A stretch of DNA of 64,000 bases from positions 186,001-250,000 of the forward strand of contig OZ025742.1 in the NCBI GenBank assembly GCA_964019335.1, in the 5' to 3' direction. The notes below the pieces were generated by a model. The model worked only from the letters and a program-made list of their open reading frames with translations. It searched no databases and was not told the origin of the DNA. The translations under genes were made by a program, and so were the position numbers. The DNA comes from Diplonema japonicum. Lineage: Eukaryota; Protista; Euglenozoa: Diplonemea. Below, in pieces: positions 1 through 11,765 of this stretch. Position 1 is the first letter of the stretch. Each line of letters starts with the position of its first letter.

Positions 1-429
1 AACCTTTTTCGACGTAGCTTCTGTGAGCCCCGTCAGCCCTGATAGTTTTGTCACCATTTCAGGTTTATGGTCGATGTGTCTCTTTAAGATCCCCACGCCT
101 TGTAGCATGCCCTGCAGGTCGCACCCGGTGTGGAATGTGTAGTGCGAGCCCTGCTCTTCCCACCCCAGGCACAGTATCAGCTGCTCTCCTCCCTCCAGCC
201 TCAACACTTTGTCCTTCAAGGAGGCGTTCTCCTTGCGAACCTTTCTGTACTTCCCGTCTGTGGATGCCTCGATGTTCTCTGCCATCTTCTTCACCGTCTC
301 GTACAAAACTTTCACATCTGCAGCGGGGTTGCGCTGCATTAGGACAGTGGTGACCTTTTCTTGCAAGGCAGCTAAGTCATGCCGCATCTCTTGCTCTCCA
401 TAGTACCCGCTTGCAGGCAGAGTGGGCAT
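1..429 (-). CDS. PUB-domain protein (p97 cofactor-like), runs off the window start
   Basis: Own translation, absent from the ORF track: MPTLPASGYYGEQEMRHD...ETVKKMAENIEASTDGKYRKVRKENASLKDKVLRLEGGEQLILCLGWEE fits the PUB pattern KYRxIRxxN...GGxxxLxxxGF/W. The frame is open to position 1. Confidence 0.7.
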   Translation of the reverse strand, partial: MPTLPASGYYGEQEMRHDLAALQEKVTTVLMQRNPAADVKVLYETVKKMAENIEASTDGKYRKVRKENASLKDKVLRLEGGEQLILCLGWEEQGSHYTFHTGCDLQGMLQGVGILKRHIDHKPEMVTKLSGLTGLTEATSKKV

Positions 430-544
430 GCCTTGTTGAGGGGGGGGGGGGGGGGGGGGGGGGATAAGCTTGCCTTACAAACTGTAATAACTAAAGAAGA
501 AAATGTTCGCAACGGGCGACGGTTCCGGAAGAAACCGTTCCCAT

Positions 545-3500
545 CTACGCGAGGATATGGTCTGTAGCTTCGGGCGGGAGGATGTTCCACACCCCGGGCT
601 GTGCCCTTGCGTCTGAGGGGAGGAGCACGCCGTCGGCGAAGCGTACTTTTCGCTTCGAAGTAGGCTGGGGGTACGAAGGCTTCTTCGGTGGCAGTGTGTC
701 GTCCGCTTTTCTGGACTCACCGTCACGTATTGCCCGAAGCATTTTTGCACGGTCCCACGCTGTGATGCCGCTCAGACGTGTCTCCACGTTGACGGTGGCG
801 TACTGCTTCACCTCCATGTATTCCTCCCACCCCACGCTCCCTGCGGTAGGGGTCCGCACCTTACGTGACGGGTTGATGCACAATGGATACGCAGGTCTAC
901 CCCTCGGGCTGGGGTGGTGCAGGTTCTTGTTATTCGGCAGCACTGTGAACCTGTAGTCCACCTCTTCGTTCGCACACGTCTCGAGCATTTTTTCCAGCAG
1001 CTCACATCGTTGGCGCATCATCCCTGCTTGCCGGTACCCTGTGTCTTGAAACTTCTTCGCCAGAGTAACTAACTGCATCTCTGAGTAGCTGTTTGCTCTT
1101 GTGCCCTTGCACAGCACGTTCAACCTCGCCCTGAGCACCACCCTCCTCATCACTTCGGCCACAGTATCTTTCATAAGTGCGGAAACCTTTTTCTTCTGCT
1201 CCCGGACAACACGCAGTCCGTCGAAGGTGCTGTCCCTTGCATCGACGATGTCCCGCACCTCTTGGATGTCGTCGTTGAGGGCGCTCCGCACGTGCCAGTT
1301 GGAAAGGATGTCGGGCAGCTTCAGGATGTCGATCACATGGGACACTTGTTCTGCCGCCATCACGGCAGCATCTGCACACACGATGAGGTCCAGTGTGCCC
1401 AGCGGAGGACCCTTTTGGCAGCCCCACTCCTGCGTGGCAACCGTTGCTTGCACATCACGATCTTCGACACAGACCGTGTGTGCGTCGTTGTACAGCGACT
1501 CCACCAAGCTCTTCCGTGTGGAGCTCCTCTTGCGGGGTACAGTCGACTTGCGGCCCTCGGGCAGCAAGTTCCTGAAGATCTCCTGCTCTGGGCTGTAGTC
1601 GCTATGTGAAGGGGTGAACTCCAGCCCAGCGAGGTTCTCCGACCACGGTGTGCCCTGCTGGCTGCTTTGCCCCGCATCAAAAACGGTGCTTGCACGTCTG
1701 CTCGCAATCGATGGCCGTGCGGACGTGACGGGTAGCGCCGACTGGTCATCGTTCTGGTTGATGGAGATGTTGTCCATAGATAAGGAGTGGGAGTGGGAGT
1801 GGGAGCGGGAGTAGACTTGAGAGCGTGAGGAGTACACATCCTGCTCCATGAAAGCAGTGAGCAAGAGGTACGATTCCGGGATGGGGTGTTGCCACTCCGC
1901 AAGCTTCATGAGTTCTGAATACACCTCCTGGAAGGCGGGGTGCTCTGTCTGGCAGTAGAGGAACAGCGAATGGCTGGGTTTGTATTCCTGCAGTATGGTC
2001 GCGAGGTACTGCAGGGTGGACTTGACTCTTACGGAGAGCTTTGTGCTGAGGGTCTTCAGTGTGCGGCTGGTGAGCTGCAACAGCTCCACATCCTTGATTG
2101 AGTTCATCCATGTGGCCAGCTCTTGCTGTGTTTGGCGGAGTTGCGTGGCAACCTCCGTCACCGCCATGCCCCACAAGCCCATCACCTCTGTTACGGTGCT
2201 GACGCTCACTTTCGTCCTGCGTACCTCGGCAAGCTCCACGACAAGGTCCTGCTTCTTTTGCTTCTGCTTGTCCACCTCAACAGTCAGTTCGGCGTTCTGC
2301 TGCCGCACCACCTCGCTGGGCCCCCCTGATGCGATCATTGTCTTCATCTCTTTCAGCGTACTGTTCGTGGCGCACAGCTGTGCCTGCAGCGACGTTACCT
2401 TTGCGCTCAGCATGGCGTTCTGCCTTGCTGTGAAGCGCAAGCGGAACCTGAAGGACAGGGCGAGAAGGTAGTTTGTAACTAAACGTTTCTTCCGCACCTC
2501 GTTCTGGTGCGTGTATATGACCCGCAAGCACTTCAGCGAGCCGTGCAGCGTGCTGTTTGCAGCTGATAGCTTCTTAACAGCCTCGAGGCTCTCCTTGTCG
2601 GGCTTGATGATAAGCGTGTTGGCAATCTTGTCTGTTTGCGCTTGTTGTTCGCACGTCTCCACCTTTTCCACGATGGGATCTTCCGTCTGCACGGCAGCTG
2701 TCTGACAGGGCACCGCCTCAGGCGCCACCACCAGAGGTACCACGGCAGCTGCTGCAGCGAGCTCTGCTTGCACCGTTTCTTTGTACTCCGCGTGGGCGAC
2801 AGCGGCAGCCTCGCATTCTTCCCTGTAGCGCGCGCATTCTTTTTTGGTGGTGATGAGCTCTCTACGTAGCTCGTTGACAGCCTTCTTGGCCTCTTGCAGC
2901 TCTTTGTAAGAAGGGTTTTGCTCTGCCTCTGCATCGCATAAAGCGTTTTGCAGGATGCGGACACGATGCTCGTGGATGTGTTCCTTGTGCCTGAGGATGG
3001 TGATGAGCTTTTCTTTGCTGTTGATGAGCTCACGAAGCTCGTACTCGGGGTTCGTGCGGACAAGCTGCATGAGGGTTTCCATTTTCCGGCGCAGGACGAT
3101 GAGCTCAGCTTGGGCTTCTGCTTTGTCGTTGGCGGTGGTGGCGAGGAGCTCGGAGGTCCCTTTGCTGAGAGCCGTCAGCTCGGATAGCTTGTTCTCAATG
3201 TTCTTCGATATGAAGGTGGTGTCGAGGTTGTGGGTTTCGCGCTGGATCTCCCGTAGACGAGCTTGTGCGTTGTCTGTGTCGCTGGTGAGGGTTTTGGAGG
3301 CCCACATGTCAAGTTCTCTGTTGAGGCTTCTTCGCTCTCTGGCACCGAGGGTTGCCTGGGTGCTGAGGTGGACGTCTCGCTCTGTTACAGTGCCGTCTGA
3401 GGGCTCCCCTATTCCCTGCATTTCGTCAAGACAGGTGTCTAATCGAATGCTCAGTTCTGCCAGCCCGTCCCTCACGCCCAAGCTGGCGTTTTCCATTCTC

Positions 3501-3631
3501 TTCATCTCCTCCACTCGTTTTTTGTTCATTTTCTCTGCCCGCAACCCTTTCTCGTTAAACCCTTTCAGCATCACATTCAGTCCAGCATCTTCATCTTTGG
3601 TCCCCAAACTGCCTTTCTTCCGAGCTGGCAT
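545..3631 (-). CDS. Large coiled-coil hypothetical protein (1028 aa)
   Basis: Long ORF with an E/K/L/Q-rich heptad N-terminal half and a Ser-rich middle. Confidence 0.8.
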   Translation of the reverse strand: MPARKKGSLGTKDEDAGLNVMLKGFNEKGLRAEKMNKKRVEEMKRMENASLGVRDGLAELSIRLDTCLDEMQGIGEPSDGTVTERDVHLSTQATLGARERRSLNRELDMWASKTLTSDTDNAQARLREIQRETHNLDTTFISKNIENKLSELTALSKGTSELLATTANDKAEAQAELIVLRRKMETLMQLVRTNPEYELRELINSKEKLITILRHKEHIHEHRVRILQNALCDAEAEQNPSYKELQEAKKAVNELRRELITTKKECARYREECEAAAVAHAEYKETVQAELAAAAAVVPLVVAPEAVPCQTAAVQTEDPIVEKVETCEQQAQTDKIANTLIIKPDKESLEAVKKLSAANSTLHGSLKCLRVIYTHQNEVRKKRLVTNYLLALSFRFRLRFTARQNAMLSAKVTSLQAQLCATNSTLKEMKTMIASGGPSEVVRQQNAELTVEVDKQKQKKQDLVVELAEVRRTKVSVSTVTEVMGLWGMAVTEVATQLRQTQQELATWMNSIKDVELLQLTSRTLKTLSTKLSVRVKSTLQYLATILQEYKPSHSLFLYCQTEHPAFQEVYSELMKLAEWQHPIPESYLLLTAFMEQDVYSSRSQVYSRSHSHSHSLSMDNISINQNDDQSALPVTSARPSIASRRASTVFDAGQSSQQGTPWSENLAGLEFTPSHSDYSPEQEIFRNLLPEGRKSTVPRKRSSTRKSLVESLYNDAHTVCVEDRDVQATVATQEWGCQKGPPLGTLDLIVCADAAVMAAEQVSHVIDILKLPDILSNWHVRSALNDDIQEVRDIVDARDSTFDGLRVVREQKKKVSALMKDTVAEVMRRVVLRARLNVLCKGTRANSYSEMQLVTLAKKFQDTGYRQAGMMRQRCELLEKMLETCANEEVDYRFTVLPNNKNLHHPSPRGRPAYPLCINPSRKVRTPTAGSVGWEEYMEVKQYATVNVETRLSGITAWDRAKMLRAIRDGESRKADDTLPPKKPSYPQPTSKRKVRFADGVLLPSDARAQPGVWNILPPEATDHILA

Positions 3632-3760
3632 TCTTTTTTTGGTTTCCTTTTTTTGTATACCATTTTACCCTGTTGGAGGGTGGATTTGGAAATAATGTTT
3701 TCTTTTTTTATAAAAAAAGAAAAAAAAGTTGTTGTTTTTTTTTTTTCTCTCTTTTCCATC

Positions 3761-3791
<31 letters not shown>

Positions 3792-4436
3792 CCTCTTTAT
3801 AAAAAAAGAAAAGAAAAAGAAGAATTCAAAAACTCAGTACTAAGGGGGGAGATTAGGAGTAAGAAAGGAAGAAGGAAGAAAAAGGAATAAGGTGGACACC
3901 TTACGTGTTTTTTTTCCCCCTTTTTTTTTTCTTTTTCTTGTTTTAGAAAGTTATTTTTTTTATTTTTCTTTTTGCAGGGGAGGAGGAACGAGAAAGTGTG
4001 AAAGAGGGCATCTTACAATTGACATAAGAAGCAAGTCGTTTGTTTGAAAGAGATGGCACGTGCCGAAAAATTTGTAAAAAGGAGAAGGGGGGGTGGTTGC
4101 TGCTATTTTCTTTTTTTTTTCCTTGAGAAAATCGTAACCAAGTCGAAGAAAATATGTTTTTTTTTTTTTTTAAATATTTGCATCGCTTTGCTATTTTTTT
4201 ATAGCTTAATGCGCGAAGTGAAAATATTATTTTTTTTTCCCCCTCGAAACCCTTTCATAACAACTACTAAACTACAAAAAAAAAAAAAATCGTAAATAAA
4301 CGGTAGCCCCTTCCGTAGGTTATGTTTCACCTTCCTTTTCTTTTTTAAATATTGTTTATATATATATATATATATATTTTTTTTTTTTGAACTCGTAATT
4401 AAAAGCTATCTCACATTTTTTTTTTTTTTCCCCACT

Positions 4437-5924
4437 TCATCCTGTTTTCAAGAAGGTCAGAAGCTCGTCTGCTGAAGGCCGCGTGGCTACATTTCGGTGA
4501 AAGCATTTCAGCAACACTTTCCTAATAACAGGATTGCAGGTCTCCGGGACACCAGGAGGGGGCCCGGCACTGTTGGCAATATGATACACAGCAGCCCACG
4601 GGGTGTCAAAATCAGGCCAAGGTTGGTTTCCAAGCATTTCTATAATGGTGCAGCCCACAGACCAAATATCAGCCTTTGTGCCATACCCACTGTCATCCTT
4701 GAGCGCGATGACCTCTGGGGCCATCCAGTACGGGGTGCCCTGGTTTTTTTTTTTTTTTTTTTTTTTTTTTCTTCTTTTTTTTTCTCTCTCTCCATACCAC
4801 CATCGTCATGCATCCAAAAGATGATGAAATGCAACTGTCGATTTTTTTGCTGCAACCGAAATCGGCGACTTTGACCTCTCCCTCAGCCCCGATCAGGATA
4901 TTGCCTCCCTTGATATCTGTGGACGTTTCATTTCTTTTTTTTTTTCTCTTTTTTTCCCCCGCGTTCATACCGCGATGCACCACCCCATTGGAGTGCAGGT
5001 ATGCCATCGCCGAGAGAATCTGATTTGTGTACTGAAGAATGGTCGTGTCTTGAAGCGCACCGAAACGCTGTTATTTTTTTTTTTTGCCCCCCTTTTGTCA
5101 CGGTATACTTTTATCAACGAGGCCAAGCTCCCTCCAGGCGCGAGCTCCATGAAAATCATCATCGAGTTTGGCGTGGTGCAAAATTTCTCAAGCTGTATTT
5201 TTTTTTTTTCCCCGCCATTGCGGGCCCACACCTTGATTATATTAGGGTGGTGTAATGTCTTCATGAGCTCCAGCTCTGCTGTCAGAGCTTCAATGTCTTC
5301 TTTCTTCGCACCTTCGCTGCCGATGTCGATGATCTTAACAGCAACAATTTTCCCCCCAGACGTGAGCCCCTCGTACACTGAGGCAAAGGAACCCTTGCCC
5401 AGGAGTTTGCCCTTTTGCCAGGACTGTGCTGTGACGGGGGATGTTGGTGTTGCGACTGAATTCTGAGAATGCTGCGAACCAAAGCTCTGGCTGAGGTTCA
5501 GGTTTGCAGAGCCGCTAGGAGGCATCAGACCGCCTTTCTTTTTAACATAAACCCGGAGATACTCATCTTCGTTGTCATCCCAATACCATTTTTTAGTCAC
5601 ATCCCAAGCGCTTGGGCTGTATATTACCATGCGGTCTGTTCCGTCTTCATAGCTCAGCTCCACTTCCACTCCCTCTCCGACTCCAAACTCTGTTTTCACG
5701 ATAGCTTGCATCTGCTCCCAGTCGGCCTCCCAGTGCACGTATTGTCGGCTTATCTTCTCTGCCCACTCCCCTTCCCCGACAAATTTCATTTTTATTTTCG
5801 CGCCTTCCTCTTCCTCCTCTTCTTCTTCCTCCTCTTCCTGGTCTTCCTCTTCTTCTTCCTCCTCCTCTTCCTCTTCTTCTTCCTCTTCTTCCTCCTCCTG
5901 CTTTTTACTTCTTGCGATCACCAT
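4437..5924 (-). CDS. STE11/MEKK-type MAP3K with poly-Glu tract and PB1-like domain; 4 introns
   Basis: Removing GT-AG introns 5193-5231, 5068-5108, 4917-4970 and 4740-4797 restores GKGSFASVY, VAVK, HPNIIK|LEKF, HR|DIKGGN, DFG, MV|GTPYWMAPE and DIWSVGC. The N-terminal ELSYEDGTDRMVIYS resembles a PB1 OPCA motif. Confidence 0.9.
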
Positions 5925-5975
5925 GGTTACTTGTTGCGGTCCCTTCTCTTCACCACCACCTTTTGATTAGATTGA

Positions 5976-6011
5976 CTGTTAAATAAAAACAGGGGAGGGA
6001 AGGGGGAATAA
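5976..6011 (-). promoter_or_regulatory. Putative trans-splice acceptor (polypyrimidine tract + ACAG) for the MAP3K gene
   Basis: Minus strand TTTATTCCCCTTCCCTCCCCTGTTTTTATTTAACAG lies between the upstream stop (6042) and the ATG (5924). Confidence 0.55.
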
Positions 6012-6041
6012 ACTGACTTCTCCTTATTATTTTTTTCCCCC

Positions 6042-7090
6042 CTAACTCTTGGGTGTTGGGATCTTCGGTGAAGTGGGTGCGAGGTCAGGCTGCTCAGGGC
6101 TAGGGATCAGCTCGTCTCCGTAGGCAGGGGAGCAGATGGTGGCTTGGGGTACAGATTTGTTAGGACTAGGGCTCGGAAGATAGTTCCCATAGGCAGGGGA
6201 AGGTGCGTAGATGGGGGAGGGCGCTGTGAGGCTGTTGTGCGCGTCTTTGTCAAAGGAGTCGAGGCCGTCGCCGTTCATGTACCAAGAATTGAGGGCAGTG
6301 TTGATGCTTAAGTTGCTCACGATGCCCGCATCTGTGACCTCGTCCTGTAGTGCCTCACGTCGTTGCCGGACGTGCGTCTGTATGTCTAAGGCTTCTCGCT
6401 GTTTCTGCTCTGCCTCTGCTGCTGCATTTGCTTCCCTCTGGCGTTCTGCCACGTCTTGCGCGTCTTTCACCTCCTCCTGCCTTCGTTTCACTTCTTCCTT
6501 AAACTCTCCGAAGCTTGCGTCCACCTTCCCTGCAGCGTCTTCGTCTTCGAGGCCTTCCCCTAGGATGTCTTCCCAGTCCCCGTTCTCGTCCTCCTTTTCA
6601 TCATGCGCCCCGTTGTCCACTGCTATGCCTATGTCGTCGTGGGCCTCGTGCACCTGCATCGACGGCTCCTGTGTGTCCTCTGGTGGCATCGGGTCCACGC
6701 TGGGGTGTGGTCCGGAGACCATGATCTGAGGGACAGCTGTTTCCATCGGCTTGTTGTCCTCTTCGTGTTGTTGCTGCTGCTGCCCCGTTACTGCCTGCTG
6801 CCGCTTCTCGTTCTCAAACTCCTCGGTCCACTGGTCCACGTTGTACCACAGCGCCCACTGCGTCTTGTTATCCAGATCACCCACGTTCATCTCCTCTTCC
6901 TCTGAACCCACAATCTCCGCTATCTTGTCGTTGATGGCCGCACTATCCTGTGAGTGGGCGTGCGTGGTATGGTTTTTTCCCTCTTTTTGTATTGCAAGCA
7001 TACCAATATATGTTCGAGCTTGTCTGTGAGCTCCACTGCCATCTCGTGCAGCAAGGGCAGCGCATCACCGTTCAGGCGGTGCTCTTTGAC

Positions 7091-7125
<35 letters not shown>

Positions 7126-7713
7126 CCCCCTTTTTTTTTCCCCGTCCTGCTATACCGCATCTTGCATCTGTATCGCAGTGGCCTGCAAGTACTCCATAGG
7201 ATCCGGGTGCTGAAGGATATCATGCACTGCAGCCTCCAGCTGTGTTCCAGAGTACCTGTCTATCAACTCCAGTATTTTTTCGTTAAAGATCTGTTGAAGG
7301 TGGTGTGCTGCTTTCCAAACATCTACGACAGTAGGATGGAAGGACATGGCGTTCCTGAAGACCAAGCTCACATCGCTGTAAGCCTGTTCAAGGGAAGTGT
7401 AGAAGCTCTGCTTGGCCCATATGGTCTGGAAGTCCATCGGGATTGCGATCTTCACCCAGTACTCGCTGTCCACTTCGTTGTGGGTCACTGGACGCATGAA
7501 GTAATGCCCTTGAGGTGTGTTCTCCAGCTCCTTCATGATGTCCAAGCAATCCTGTACAACTTTGCCCTGCTTGTCATCCACGCTTTCAATTTTCCGTTTT
7601 TTCGTACTATGCACCCGGTCATTCGACAGTTCCGCAACACTGTCTGATATTTTGCCAATCAATAAGTCGATCCTTTCACGGATCCCATCTGGTGAGAGTT
7701 CCACCAGTACCAT
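6042..7713 (-). CDS. Bromodomain protein with acidic, Pro-rich C-terminus; 2 introns
   Basis: Motifs YFMRPV, YWVKIAIPMDFQTI and DVSLVFRNAMSFH. Introns 7094-7155 (AAG acceptor after poly-A; the nearby CAG gives a stop) and 6948-7003 join the two ORFs in frame. Confidence 0.85.
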
Positions 7714-7772
7714 CTGGAAGAGGCGATATGTTAAAAAAGAAGATTGGGGGATGGGGGGGGGGGGGGGGGGGG
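7714..7772 (-). promoter_or_regulatory. Putative trans-splice acceptor: poly(C) and pyrimidine tract ending CAG directly at the ATG
   Basis: Minus strand C20-ATCCCCCAATCTTCTTTTTTAACATATCGCCTCTTCCAG|ATG. Confidence 0.55.
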
Positions 7773-7827
7773 AAACACTTTTGTTTTCTTTTGCTGATTT
7801 TTTTTTTTCTTTCTCTCGCCATTTCAC

Positions 7828-8488
7828 CTAAATTGCAACATCATCCCACGACTCGTCTTCCAGTGCTGCAGTGAGCTCGTCGATGCTGTTGGGAAGCTGC
7901 CCTGTGTAGAGGGACTTTACGGAAGGGGTGGAGTTGTTGAAGATGCACAGGGAGGTGTTGTTGAGGATGAGGGTGCCGTCGTGCACACCTGTGCCGTAGT
8001 CTCCTCTTTTATAAGTGATTGAAATGCCAGATCTGTCGCGTTCTATTTTGACGCCGCCTTCGGGTTGCATAAAGCCCACCACTGCGGCTGTCAGCGTCTT
8101 ATCGTTGTTGAACTCGTGTTGCCAGCCGTCGCTGCTGTCTACTATTTCTTGCCATGCGCCGACCTCGTCTTTCTCATTCACGCCTAGCCACACGCAGCCC
8201 CGCAGGACTCCCAGCATTGCCTGGAAGTCCACCACATCAACCTCGCTCTCGGTCCCGCTGTTCCAGGTCCCAAGCATGCTTCGGCATGTTTTGAACACTT
8301 TGCTGGAATCAAATTCTTCCCCCAAATCCTCCGCCTTGGTTTTCCATATTTTCACCAGGGTTTCCGTCTTTTTTTTTTTTTTTTTTTTTTTCTTTTTTTT
8401 TTTTCCCCTGTTGCTCACCGAAACTACATACCATCTGCACAATGTCTTTTGTTTTGAATGATGCATCGTAGTTTAGCTCATCCGCCAT
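7828..8488 (-). CDS. Hypothetical protein; 1 intron
   Basis: MADELNYDASFKTKDIVQM|TETLVKIW after removing intron 8368-8431 (GTATGT...poly-A...AAG). Confidence 0.7.
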
Positions 8489-8768
8489 TGTTTTTCTTTT
8501 TTTTTTCCCCACCGTGGGTACTTTTTTTATTTATTTTTTTTTCCCCCTCCAACACGGAAAGAAAGAAAAAAAAAATGGGGGAAGAATAGGGAGGGTAAAA
8601 ATCTAAAAATAAAAAAAATTCGATTTTTTTTTTCTCAGCTGTAATTGGGCTGGGAAAAAAAAAAGGGGGAAAAAAAAAAAAAGAACAAGGTAATGTATAC
8701 CGCTGACCGGAAGATTTTTTTTTTTTTTTTCCAGTCAAGGCGGGAAAAAAAGAAAGTTCCGTTTCCTC

Positions 8769-10776
8769 CTATTCATCATCGACAGCAATGTACTCGCCGT
8801 CCTCGTCGGCGAACTTCTGCTCTTCCTCTTGTCGCTTCTGTGCCGCTTCCCTCATCATCTCCCTTCTCTTCCTCCTTTCTTCTTGCTTTTGCTTTTCTTC
8901 CTGTTCCTTTTGCTCCTTTTCCCATTGCTTTCTGGCCTCACGGAACTGCTTGTTGTGCTTTGCCTTCTCCCTTTCCTTCTTACTCATGAACTTCCTAAGT
9001 TCGTCGGGGGTCAGTTTGCTCAGCTATTTTGTTTTAACAAAAAGAAAATTTCCAACATACATCTACTGTCTCCCCGTTGTCCCCCATCTTCTTGTCCGCC
9101 ATGTCGTCTGCCTTTTGAAGATCTTCTTCTTGCCACTTCTTTTTGGCATCGTCCTTCTTCTTCTTCTTTTCTACTCTCTCCTTCTTAATCTCCTCCATTT
9201 TCTTCTTTTTCTCATTGAGCTTCTTCTTCCTCTCCTCCTGTTTCTTTCTTCTTTCTTCCTTCTTTTTTTCCTTTTCAGTCAGTTTCTTCTTCTTGGGATC
9301 CCCGTCTGTTGGCTTTTTGTTCTTCTTTGCTTCCTCCTTCTTACGCTTTTTCTCCTCCTTAGCAGCTGCTTCTTTTTCCTTCTTCTCTTTCAGACGCTTC
9401 TCCCTCGCAAGTTTCTTCGCTTCGAGTTCTTCTTTAGCTGCATCAGCTTTTTTTTGGTCTTTTTCGATTTGCTTCTTTGATTTTTTCTTGCTCTTCTGCT
9501 CCTGTTTTACCTTCTTGCGCTCCTCTGCAATGGCCTCCATTGTCTTGGCAAGGGACAGGGGTTGTGCAATGTCTTCAATGCGAGCAACGTCGCCGTCGCC
9601 CGAGAAGCCTGTGATGTGGTCATGGACAATGGGGGCCAGGCCTTCGCCCTTCATGAGCTGCGTGTCGATGAAGGCGCTGATGGCCTCTGTCTTGAAGGGT
9701 CCCGTGTAGGGGAGCGCAGCACGGGTCATGACCTCAGGGCCGTCGGCAGAGGTCTTTGTCTTGGCAGAGATGAGGAAAACGAGGGTGGGCGCCTTCCTGT
9801 GCACAGACAGGCCACCGGCAATGAGCGTCTTGGACTCGACGGCTGCGTCGATCCACCAGAAGCCGAAGGGGATCTGCTTGGACATCCCACCGCCGCCTTT
9901 GGTCGTCACGTTGATGGCAACCTCCTTCCCAGGGCCGAACTTCTTCGCGTCGGAGGAGTCCAACACAAACACCAGGTCGAAGTACGCCCTGTCCTCTGCC
10001 ATCAGCTTGTTCCACTGGCGCGAGGTGCGGATCTGCGGCATCAGCGATTCGTGCACGTTCATCAGTGCATGCTCACGCTTGTTCTGCAGCACTGCGTCTC
10101 GGTGCACCCCTGTGCGCTTCCTTGCCTTCCCCAACGCTGAGGTGATGTCGCTGTACTCGTAAAGAAGAGAGTGCTCCTGTTCCATGCCGTCGCACTTGAG
10201 GGTCACCTGGTGCTGGTTTGTGAACAGGATGCTGACAGTCATGTCGCCCCAGTACCGCATGGCCGAGGCACGGAGGAGCGCAAGCTGCGTGGTGGTGAGG
10301 TCATCAGGGGCCATGAAGGTGCACTGTGTAGGGTGGTCCATGTCATTGTCGGGGAGGATGTGCTTCAGGACGGTGTATGTAGGGTGCGGCAGGCGGTTGG
10401 GCAGCCACTTCTCAACCGCGTTCTTCAGAGTAAGCTGTTCAGGCTTGCTGATGTCGAATGTGTCACGGCCGTTGAAGACCTTCACGTGGGGGAAGCTGTT
10501 GATGCCGTGCATCTCAGCGATCATCCTGGCTTCAAGGGACTCGGAGACATCGAACCAGCCGGTGCGAACCCAGCCGCCGAGCACGCCCTTTGCAAAGTCC
10601 TTCACTTTGACGTACTCCTCGCTGTCTCCTTGGATGTCAAAGACCACAATCCACACACTCTTCCCGTTGCTCACCGAGTCGTAGAAGAATCCAGGCGTCA
10701 TCCCCTCGTCTGCCTTTGTGCTGACCACGCACAGCAGCAGAAGCACCGCCGCGAGCGTAGGCATCTTTATGTTCAT
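8769..10776 (-). CDS. Secretory-pathway thioredoxin-fold (PDI-like, no CxxC) protein with Lys/Glu-rich tail; 1 intron
   Basis: Signal peptide MPTLAAVLLLLCVVSTKA. Motifs VWIVVF...IAEMHGINSFPHVKVF and APTLVF...YTGPF. An intron near 9024-9060 joins GETVD|LSKLTPDELRKF; the protein ends VDDE. Confidence 0.7.
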
Positions 10777-10856
10777 AAATCAATCAAAAAAAAACTTTTC
10801 CCCCCTGTAAGATGTGGTTTTCCTCTTTTTTTCTTTTTTTTATTTCACTCTTCAGA

Positions 10857-11140
10857 AATTACTTCACGCACTAGGTGGCCCATTACTTCACGGTAAAGTA
10901 ATGGCCTATTTCCGTGAAATAATAGGGTTTCCGGTGTAAATAATGTGCCTCAGTGGGCCAAATTTTGCCTCAGTTCAGTTTCCAGTGTGGCAACTTTTTC
11001 GGTTTGCCAATTTCCCCCCAGGTTCAGCTCTATTGGCCGACCTTTGCCTAGGCTCAGTTCCAAGTTGGGCAACGTTTCCTCCCAGTTTGCCCACTTTTGC
11101 CTAGGTTTAGTTGACAAACTTCTAAGGGTCATTAAGGTAC
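10857..11140. repeat. Short element with nested inverted repeats and 3 subrepeats (possible non-autonomous DNA transposon relic)
   Basis: GGCCCATTACTT/AAGTAATGGCC (10877-10906) and ATTACTTCACGG/CCGTGAAATAAT inverted pairs. TTTGCCTnnGnTnAGTT recurs at about 10964, 11043 and 11096. Confidence 0.4.
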
Positions 11141-11765
11141 CCCCCGCCTCCTGCTACTTGCGGTGCACAACATGTAGGCTTACTTTTTTCCCCCCAATTT
11201 AAAAAAGAAAAAATACAGCAAGAGGAAAAAAAAAAACTATAGATTCTTGGTTATCTGAGAGCTTCTTTTTTTGGGGGGAGAAAAAGAAGTCCCCACTTAG
11301 TACTCCAGTATATTCCCCCTTTTGCTGCAGAAAAGAAAAGAAGATGAAGAAAGAAAGAAAGAAAGAAAAAGTTGCCCGCAGAAGGAAATGGGGAATAGGT
11401 TTATTCCCGGTACCTCTTTTCGTTTTTTTTAACCAATGCATAAAAGAAAAAAAAAGGGGGGGAGGGGAAGTTACTTTTTTACTGCGCCCTTAGAAAGGGG
11501 GGAGAGCAATGCATTAGGAAGAATCAATTTATATTACCAGACCACCCAATTCGGACACAAACTCTAAAAAAAGGGGAGGCATAAAGGGAAACAAGCAACA
11601 GCACACACAAAAAAGAAAAAAAGAAACAGGGAGGGGTGGCAACAACATCTAAAAAAAGCCAGGGGAATGGGGTGTGTAAAAAAGAAATTTATTGTGGCTC
11701 TGCAAGCAGTCTATGGTCAGTTCGTGGTTAGGTGGCGACGGCTAAGGGCTAGAATACTAGGCCAC

